Source: Auanema rhodensis (lineage: Eukaryota; Animalia; Nematoda). From it: a stretch of 64,000 nucleotides of DNA. The notes below the pieces were generated by a model. The model saw only the letters and a list, made by a program, of their open reading frames with translations, did no database searches and was not told the origin of the DNA. Positions 54,201-64,000 of the stretch are shown here, in pieces. Location: positions 1,798,001 to 1,862,000 of the forward strand of contig OZ059895.1 of assembly GCA_964057225.1 (NCBI GenBank). Direction: 5' to 3'. Each line of letters starts with the position of its first letter. Position 1 is the stretch's first letter. The position numbers and the translations under genes are program-made.

Positions 54201-57200
54201 CTAAATTATTTTGAAATTTTTCGAAAAAATTTTTGTCAAAATGTTTTTGGAAGCAATGTTGAGTTTACATGGAAACTCAACATACACTAATGCATCATTT
54301 TTCAAACGATCATAACTAATTTTTGTATTAAGCGTTTCTCAATGTAGTATAGTGCATTCGATGCGGATTTTTAAGCTGCGTCGATCTGTGTTATCAGATT
54401 TGCGCTAGCTTAAAAATGCACCGAGATATCAACTGATATAAGTTCACACTTATATCCTCGATTTTCACCCTGAAGAATTAATTTTTTCGTTGAATAACAT
54501 TGTCCATCGTCTTTGCCTTGAAAAATGGAATCTAAAAACATCTACTTTTTGCTAAATTATTTTGAAATTTTTCGAAAAAATTTTTGTCAAAATGTTTTTG
54601 GAAGCAATGTTGAGTTTACATGGAAACTCAACATACACTAATGCATCATTTTTCAAACGATCATAACTAATTTTTGTATTAAGCGTTTCTCAATGTAGTA
54701 TAGTGCATTCGATGCGGATTTTTAAGCTGCGTCGATCTGTGTTATCAGATTTGCGCTAGCTTAAAAATGCACCGAGATATCAACTGATATAAGTTCACAC
54801 TTATATCCTCGATTTTCACCCTGAAGAATTAATTTTTTCGTTGAATAACATTGTCCATCGTCTTTGCCTTGAAAAATGGAATCTAAAAACATCTACTTTT
54901 TGCTAAATTATTTTGAAATTTTTCGAAAAAATTTTTGTCAAAATGTTTTTGGAAGCAATGTTGAGTTTACATGGAAACTCAACATACACTAATGCATCAT
55001 TTTTCAAACGATCATAACTAATTTTTGTATTAAGCTTTTCTCAATGTAGAATAGTGCATTCGATGCGGATTTTTAAGCTGCGTCGATCTGTGTTATCAGA
55101 TTTGCGCTAGCTTAAAAATGCACCGAGATATCAACTGATATAAGTTCACACTTATATCCTCGATTTTCACCCTGAAGAATTAATTTTTTCGTTGAATAAC
55201 ATCGTCCATCGTCTTTGCCTTGAAAAATGGAATCTAAAAACATCTACTTTTTGCTAAATTATTTTGAAATTTTTCGAAAAAATTTTTGTCAAAATGTTTT
55301 TGGAAGCAATGTTGAGTGTACATGGAAACTCAACATACACTAATGCATCATTTTTCAAACGATCATAACTAATTTTTGTATTAAGCTTTTCTCAATGTAG
55401 TATAGTGCATTCGATGCGGATTTTTAAGCTGCGTCGATCTGTGTTATCAGATTTGCGCTAGCTTAAAAATGCACCGAGATATCAACTGATATAAGTTAAC
55501 ACTTATATCCTCGATTTTCACCCTGAAGAATTAATTTTTTCGTTGAATAACATTGTCCATCGTCTTTGCCTTGAAAAAAGGAATCTAAAAACATCTACTT
55601 TTTGCTAAATTATTTTGAAATTTTTCGAAAAAATTTTTGTCAAAATGTTTTTGGAAGCAATGTTGAGTGTACATGGAAACTCAACATACACTAATGCATC
55701 ATTTTTCAAACGATCATAACTAATTTTTGTATTAAGCGTTTCTCAATGTAGTATAGTGCATTCGATGCGGATTTTTAAGCTGCGTCGATCTGTGTTATCA
55801 GATTTGCGCTAGCTTAAAAATGCACCGAGATATCAACTGATATAAGTTCACACTTATATCCTCGATTTTCACCCTGAAGAATTAATTTTTTCGTTGAATA
55901 ACATCGTCCATCGTCTTTGCCTTGAAAAATGGAATCTAAAAACATCTACTTTTTGCTAAATTATTTTGAAATTTTTCGAAAAAATTTCTGTCAAAATGTT
56001 TTTGGAAGCAATGTTGAGTGTACATGGAAACTGAACATACACTAATGCATCATTTTTCAAACGATCATAACTAATTTTTGTATTAAGCGTTTCTCAATGT
56101 AGTATAGTGCATTCGATGCGGATTTTTAAGCTGCGTCGATCTGTGTTATCAGATTTGCGCTAGCTTAAAAATGCACCGAGATATCAACTGATATAAGTTT
56201 ACACTTATATCCTCGATTTTCACCCTGAAGAATTAATTTTTTCGTTGAATAACATCGTCCATCGTCTTTGCCTTGAAAAATGGAATCTAAAAACATCTAC
56301 TTTTTGCTAAATTATTTTGAAATTTTTCGAAAAAATTTTTGTCAAAATGTTTTTGGAAGCAATGTTGAGTGTACGTGGAAACTCAACATACACTAATGCA
56401 TCATTTTTCAAACGATCATAACTAATTTTTGTATTAAGCTTTTCTCAATGTAGTATAGTGCATTCGATGCGGATTTTTAAGCTGCGTCGATCTGTGTTAT
56501 CAGATTTGCGCTAGCTTAAAAATGCACCGAGACATCAACTGATATAAGTTAACACTTATATCCTCGATTTTCACCCTGAAGAATTAATTTTTTCGTTGAA
56601 TAACATTGTCCATCGTCTTTGCCTTGAAAAAAGGAATCTAAAAACATCTACTTTTTGCTAAATTATTTTGAAATTTTTCGAAAAAATTTTTGTCAAAATG
56701 TTTTTGGAAGCAATGTTGAGTGTACATGGAAACTCAACATACACTAATGCATCATTTTTCAAACGATCATAACTAATTTTTGTATTAAGCGTTTCTCAAT
56801 GTAGTATAGTGCATTCGATGCGGATTTTTAAGCTGCGTCGATCTGTGTTATCAGATTTGCGCTAGCTTAAAAATGCACCGAGATATCAACTGATATAAGT
56901 TCACACTTATATCCTCGATTTTCACCCTGAAGAATTAATTTTTTCGTTGAATAACATCGTCCATCGTCTTTGCCTCGAAAAATGGAATCTAAAAACATCT
57001 ACTTTTTGCTAAATTATTTTGAAATTTTTCGAAAAAATTTTTGTCAAAATGTTTTTGGAAGCAATGTTGAGTGTACATGGAAACTGAACATACACTAATG
57101 CATCATTTTTCAAACGATCATAACTAATTTTTGTATTAAGCGTTTCTCAATGTAGTATAGTGCATTCGATGCGGATTTTTAAGCTGCGTCGATCTGTGTT

Positions 57201-60200
57201 ATCAGATTTGCGCTAGCTTAAAAATGCACCGAGATATCAACTGATATAAGTTCACACTTATATCCTCGATTTTCACCCTGAAGAATTAATTTTTTCGTTG
57301 AATAACATTGTCCATCGTCTTTGCCTTGAAAAATGGAATCTAAAAACATCTACTTTTTGCTAAATTATTTTGAAATTTTTCGAAAAAATTTTTGTCAAAA
57401 TGTTTTTGGAAGCAATGTTGAGTTTACATGGAAACTCAACATACACTAATGCATCATTTTTCAAACGATCATAACTAATTTTTGTATTAAGCTTTTCTCA
57501 ATGTAGAATAGTGCATTCGATGCGGATTTTTAAGCTGCGTCGATCTGTGTTATCAGATTTGCGCTAGCTTAAAAATGCACCGAGATATCAACTGATATAA
57601 GTTCACACTTATATCCTCGATTTTCACCCTGAAGAATTAATTTTTTCGTTGAATAACATCGTCCATCGTCTTTGCCTTGAAAAATGGAATCTAAAAACAT
57701 CTACTTTTTGCTAAATTATTTTGAAATTTTTCGAAAAAATTTTTGTCAAAATGTTTTTGGAAGCAATGTTGAGTGTACATGGAAACTCAACATACACTAA
57801 TGCATCATTTTTCAAACGATCATAACTAATTTTTGTATTAAGCTTTTCTCAATGTAGTATAGTGCATTCGATGCGGATTTTTAAGCTGCGTCGATCTGTG
57901 TTATCAGATTTGCGCTAGCTTAAAAATGCACCGAGATATCAACTGATATAAGTTCACACTTATATCCTCGATTTTCACCCTGAAGAATTAATTTTTTCGT
58001 TGAATAACATCGTCCATCGTCTTTGCCTTGAAAAATGGAATCTAAAAACATCAACTTTTTGCTAAATTATTTTGAAATTTTTCGAAAAAATTTTTGTCAA
58101 AATGTTTTTGGAAGCAATGTTGAGTGTACATGGAAACTCAACATACACTAATGCATCATTTTTCAAACGATCATAACTAATTTTTGTATTAAGCGTTTCT
58201 CAATGTAGTATAGTGCATTCGATGCGGATTTTTAAGCTGCGTCGATCTGTGTTATCAGATTTGCGCTAGCTTAAAAATGCACCGAGATATCAACTGATAT
58301 AAGTTCACACTTATATCCTCGATTTTCACCCTGAAGAATTAATTTTTTCGTTCAATAACATTGTCCATCGTCTTTGCCTTGAAAAATGGAATCTAAAAAC
58401 ATCTACTTTTTGCTAAATTATTTTGAAATTTTTCGAAAAAATTTTTGTCAAAATGTTTTTGGAAGCAATGTTGAGTTTACATGGAAACTCAACATACACT
58501 AATGCATCATTTTTCAAACGATCATAACTAATTTTTGTATTAAGCTTTTCTCAATGTAGAATAGTGCATTCGATGCGGATTTTTAAGCTGCGTCGATCTG
58601 TGTTATCAGATTTGCGCTAGCTTAAAAATGCACCGAGATATCAACTGATATAAGTTCACACTTATATCCTCGATTTTCACCCTGAAGAATTAATTTTTTC
58701 GTTGAATAACATCGTCCATCGTCTTTGCCTTGAAAAATGGAATCTAAAAACATCTACTTTTTGCTAAATTATTTTGAAATTTTTCGAAAAAATTTTTGTC
58801 AAAATGTTTTTGGAAGCAATGTTGAGTGTACATGGAAACTCAACATACACTAATGCATCATTTTTCAAACGATCATAACTAATTTTTGTATTAAGCTTTT
58901 CTCAATGTAGTATAGTGCATTCGATGCGGATTTTTAAGCTGCGTCGATCTGTGTTATCAGATTTGCGCTAGCTTAAAAATGCACCGAGATATCAACTGAT
59001 ATAAGTTAACACTTATATCCTCGATTTTCACCCTGAAGAATTAATTTTTTCGTTGAATAACATTGTCCATCGTCTTTGCCTTGAAAAAAGGAATCTAAAA
59101 ACATCTACTTTTTGCTAAATTATTTTGAAATTTTTCGAAAAAATTTTTGTCAAAATGTTTTTGGAAGCAATGTTGAGTGTACATGGAAACTCAACATACA
59201 CTAATGCATCATTTTTCAAACGATCATAACTAATTTTTGTATTAAGCTTTTCTCAATGTAGTATAGTGCATTCGATGCGGATTTTTAAGCTGCGTCGATC
59301 TGTGTTATCAGATTTGCGCTAGCTTAAAAATGCACCGAGATATCAACTGATATAAGTTCACACTTATATCCTCGATTTTCACCCTGAAGAATTAATTTTT
59401 TCGTTGAATAACATCGTCCATCGTCTTTGCCTTGAAAAATGGAATCTAAAAACATCTACTTTTTGCTAAATTATTTTGAAATTTTTCGAAAAAATTTTTG
59501 TCAAAATGTTTTTGGAAGCAATGTTGAGTGTACATGGAAACTGAACATACACTAATGCATCATTTTTCAAACGATCATAACTAATTTTTGTATTAAGCGT
59601 TTCTCAATGTAGTATAGTGCATTCGATGCGGATTTTTAAGCTGCGTCGATCTGTGTTATCAGATTTGCGCTAGCTTAAAAATGCACCGAGATATCAACTG
59701 ATATAAGTTCACACTTATATCCTCGATTTTCACCCTGAAGAATTAATTTTTTCGTTGAATAACATTGTCCATCGTCTTTGCCTTGAAAAATGGAATCTAA
59801 AAACATCTACTTTTTGCTAAATTATTTTGAAATTTTTCGAAAAAATTTTTGTCAAAATGTTTTTGGAAGCAATGTTGAGTTTACATGGAAACTCAACATA
59901 CACTAATGCATCATTTTTCAAACGATCATAACTAATTTTTGTATTAAGCTTTTCTCAATGTAGTATAGTGCATTCGATGCGGATTTTTAAGCTGCGTCGA
60001 TCTGTGTTATCAGATTTGCGCTAGCTTAAAAATGCACCGAGATATCAACTGATATAAGTTCACACTTATATCCTCGATTTTCACCCTGAAGAATTAATTT
60101 TTTCGTTGAATAACATCGTCCATCGTCTTTGCCTTGAAAAATGGAATCTAAAAACATCTACTTTTTGCTAAATTATTTTGAAATTTTTCGAAAAAATTTT

Positions 60201-63200
60201 TGTCAAAATGTTTTTGGAAGCAATGTTGAGTGTACATGGAAACTCAACATACACTAATGCATCATTTTTCAAACGATCATAACTAATTTTTGTATTAAGC
60301 TTTTCTCAATGTAGTATAGTGCATTCGATGCGGATTTTTAAGCTGCGTCGATCTGTGTTATCAGATTTGCGCTAGCTTAAAAATGCACCGAGATATCAAC
60401 TGATATAAGTTCACACTTATATCCTCGATTTTCACCCTGAAGAATTAATTTTTTCGTTGAATAACATCGTCCATCGTCTTTGCCTTGAAAAATGGAATCT
60501 AAAAACATCTACTTTTTGCTAAATTATTTTGAAATTTTTCGAAAAAATTTTTGTCAAAATGTTTTTGGAAGCAATGTTGAGTGTACATGGAAACTCAACA
60601 TACACTAATGCATCATTTTTCAAACGATCATAACTAATTTTTGTATTAAGCGTTTCTCAATGTAGTATAGTGCATTCGATGCGGATTTTTAAGCTGCGTC
60701 GATCTGTGTTATCAGATTTGCGCTAGCTTAAAAATGCACCGAGATATCAACTGATATAAGTTGACACTTATATCCTCGATTTTCACCCTGAAGAATTAAT
60801 TTTTTCGTTGAATAACATTGTCCATCGTCTTTGCCTTGAAAAAAGGAATCTAAAAACATCTACTTTTTGCTAAATTATTTTGAAATTTTTCGAAAAAATT
60901 TTTGTCAAAATGTTTTTGGAAGCAATGTTGAGTGTACATGGAAACTCAACATACACTAATGCATCATTTTTCAAACGATCATAACTAATTTTTGTATTAA
61001 GCGTTTTTCAATGTAGTATAGTGCATTCGATGCGGATTTTTAAGCTGCGTCGATCTGTGTTATCAGATTTGCGCTAGCTTAACAATGCACCGAGATATCA
61101 ACTGATATAAGTTCACACTTATATCCTCGATTTTCACCCTGAAGAATTAATTTTTTCGTTGAATAACATTGTCCATCGTCTTTGCCTTGAAAAATGGAAT
61201 CTAAAAACATCTACTTTTTGCTAAATTATTTTGAAATTTTTCGAAAAAATTTTTGTCAAAATGTTTTTGGAAGCAATGTTGAGTGTACATGGAAACTCAA
61301 CATACACTAATGCATCATTTTTCAAACGATCATAACTAATTTTTGTATTAAGCGTTTCTCAATGTAGTATAGTGCATTCGATGCGGATTTTTAAGCTGCG
61401 TCGATCTGTGTTATCAGATTTGCGCTAGCTTAAAAATGCACCGAGATATCAACTGATATAAGTTCACACTTATATCCTCGATTTTCACCCTGAAGAATTA
61501 ATTTTTTCGTTGAATAACATCGTCCATCGTCTTTGCCTTGAAAAATGGAATCTAAAAACATCTACTTTTTGCTAAATTATTTTGAAATTTTTCGAAAAAA
61601 TTTTTGTCAAAATGTTTTTGGAAGCAATGTTGAGTGTACATGGAAACTCAACATACACTAATGCATCATTTTTCAAACGATCATAACTAATTTTTGTATT
61701 AAGCGTTTCTCAATGTAGTATAGTGCATTCGATGCGGATTTTTAAGCTGCGTCGATCTGTGTTATCAGATTTGCGCTAGCTTAAAAATGCACCGAGATAT
61801 CAACTGATATAAGTTGACACTTATATCCTCGATTTTCACCCTGAAGAATTAATTTTTTCGTTGAATAACATTGTCCATCGTCTTTGCCTTGAAAAAAGGA
61901 ATCTAAAAACATCTACTTTTTGCTAAATTATTTTGAAATTTTTCGAAAAAATTTTTGTCAAAATGTTTTTGGAAGCAATGTTGAGTGTACATGGAAACTC
62001 AACATACACTAATGCATCATTTTTCAAACGATCATAACTAATTTTTGTATTAAGCGTTTCTCAATGTAGTATAGTGCATTCGATGCGGATTTTTAAGCTG
62101 CGTCGATCTGTGTTATCAGATTTGCGCTAGCTTAAAAATGCACCGAGATATCAACTGATATAAGTTCACACTTATATCCTCGATTTTCACCCTGAAGAAT
62201 TAATTTTTTCGTTGAATAACATCGTCCATCGTCTTTGCCTTGAAAAATGGAATCTAAAAACATCTACTTTTTGCTAAATTATTTTGAAATTTTTCGAAAA
62301 AATTTTTGTCAAAATGTTTTTGGAAGCAATGTTGAGTGTACATGGAAACTCAACATACACTAATGCATCATTTTTCAAACGATCATAACTAATTTTTGTA
62401 TTAAGCGTTTCTCAATGTAGTATAGTGCATTCGATGCGGATTTTTAAGCTGCGTCGATCTGTGTTATCAGATTTGCGCTAGCTTAAAAATGCACCGAGAT
62501 ATCAACTGATATAAGTTGACACTTATATCCTCGATTTTCACCCTGAAGAATTAATTTTTTCGTTGAATAACATTGTCCATCGTCTTTGCCTTGAAAAAAG
62601 GAATCTAAAAACATCTACTTTTTGCTAAATTATTTTGAAATTTTTCGAAAAAATTTTTGTCAAAATGTTTTTGGAAGCAATGTTGAGTGTACATGGAAAC
62701 TCAACATACACTAATGCATCATTTTTCAAACGATCATAACTAATTTTTGTATTAAGCGTTTTTCAATGTAGTATAGTGCATTCGATGCGGATTTTTAAGC
62801 TGCGTCGATCTGTGTTATCAGATTTGCGCTAGCTTAACAATGCACCGAGATATCAACTGATATAAGTTCACACTTATATCCTCGATTTTCACCCTGAAGA
62901 ATTAATTTTTTCGTTGAATAACATCGTCCATCGTCTTTGCCTTGAAAAATGGAATCTAAAAACATCTACTTTTTGCTAAATTATTTTGAAATTTTTCGAA
63001 AAAATTTTTGTCAAAATGTTTTTGGAAGCAATGTTGAGTGTACATGGAAACGCAACATACACTAATGCATCATTTTTCAAACGATTATAACTAATTTTTG
63101 TATTAAGCTTTTCTCAATGTAGTATAGTGCATTCGATGCGGATTTTTAAGCTGCGTCGATCTGTGTTATCAGATTTGCGCTAGCTTAAAAATGCACCGAG

Positions 63201-64000
63201 ATATCAACTGATATAAGTTCACACTTATATCCTCGATTTTCACCCTGAAGAATTAATTTTTTCGTTGAATAACATTGTCCATCGTCTTTGCCTTGAAAAA
63301 TGGAATCTAAAAACATCTACTTTTTGCTAAATTATTTTGAAATTTTTCGAAAAAATTTTTGTCAAAATGTTTTTGGAAGCAATGTTGAGTGTACATGGAA
63401 ACTCAACATACACTAATGCATCATTTTTCAAACGATCATAACTAATTTTTGTATTAAGCTTTTCTCAATGTAGTATAGTGCATTCGATGCGGATTTTTAA
63501 GCTGCGTCGATCTGTGTTATCAGATTTGCGCTAGCTTAAAAATGCACCGAGATATCAACTGATATAAGTTCACACTTATATCCTCGATTTTCACCCTGAA
63601 GAATTAATTTTTTCGTTGAATAACATCGTCCATCGTCTTTGCCTTGAAAAATGGAATATAAAAACATCTACTTTTTGCTAAATTATTTTGAAATTTTTCG
63701 AAAAAATTTTTGTCAAAATGTTTTTGGAAGCAATGTTGAGTGTACATGGAAACTCAACATACACTAATGCATCATTTTTCAAACGATCATAACTAATTTT
63801 TGTATTAAGCTTTTCTCAATGTAGTATAGTGCATTCGATGCGGATTTTTAAGCTGCGTCGATCTGTGTTATCAGATTTGCGCTAGCTTAAAAATGCACCG
63901 AGATATCAACTGATATAAGTTCACACTTATATCCTCGATTTTCACCCTGAAGAATTAATTTTTTCGTTGAATAACATCGTCCATCGTCTTTGCCTTGAAA

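Larger units (their letters stand above)
1..64000. repeat. Tandem satellite DNA array, 351-bp monomer, 182 full copies + 105-bp partial; extends beyond both window edges
   Basis: The CACCGAGATATCAACTG start recurs at 1, 352, 703, 1055 ... 3161, 13001, 62141, 63896. The spacing is exactly 351 except for a total of +13 bp from four indels before 9.6 kb. No non-repeat sequence or strand inversion was seen. Confidence 0.99.
36518..64000. repeat. Array domain III (monomers 105-183): short local duplications with its own variant set
   Basis: Markers T135G, A202G, G198T, A306C, C27T/A/G and TTAACAAT are confined to this part. Confidence 0.75.

Noticed and set aside
1-64000. CRISPR array or other repeat-spacer system
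   Set aside because: There are no unique spacers: the whole 351-bp unit is repeated, and no cas-like ORFs are present.
1-64000. Concatemer artefact (rolling-circle amplification or collapsed assembly)
   Set aside because: Variants are shared in ordered, nested, position-dependent blocks rather than being random errors or identical copies, which fits a real evolving array. Individual duplications still need read validation.

Overview
The whole 64 kb window is one uninterrupted, head-to-tail tandem satellite array of an AT-rich (~31% GC by hand count) 351-bp monomer. It holds 182 complete copies plus a 105-bp partial copy, all in the same orientation and differing from one another by only a few substitutions. 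Only four indels occur (a +1 T near 951-960 and three copies of a 4-bp CATA insertion), and after ~9.5 kb the 351-bp register is exact to the end. I found no credible genes, RNA genes, transposon insertions or CRISPR arrays; the four 63-aa ORFs arise from a single T>G variant that removes a stop codon. This is most likely eukaryotic (peri)centromeric or heterochromatic satellite DNA (inference); I do not recognise the family. The notable structure is twofold. First, the monomer is built largely from inverted repeats, and two independent variants each repair the same mismatch of one quasi-palindrome from opposite arms. Second, the array history can be read from shared variants: three variant domains, nascent nested higher-order repeats (3-, 4-, 6/8/9-mer), and a ~7.7-kb duplication with chimeric monomers marking recombination breakpoints. 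I see no evidence for a new protein-coding system here. Monomer positions (mN) count from the CACCGAG start; monomer n starts at 14+351(n-1) for n>=29. All alignments were done by eye.
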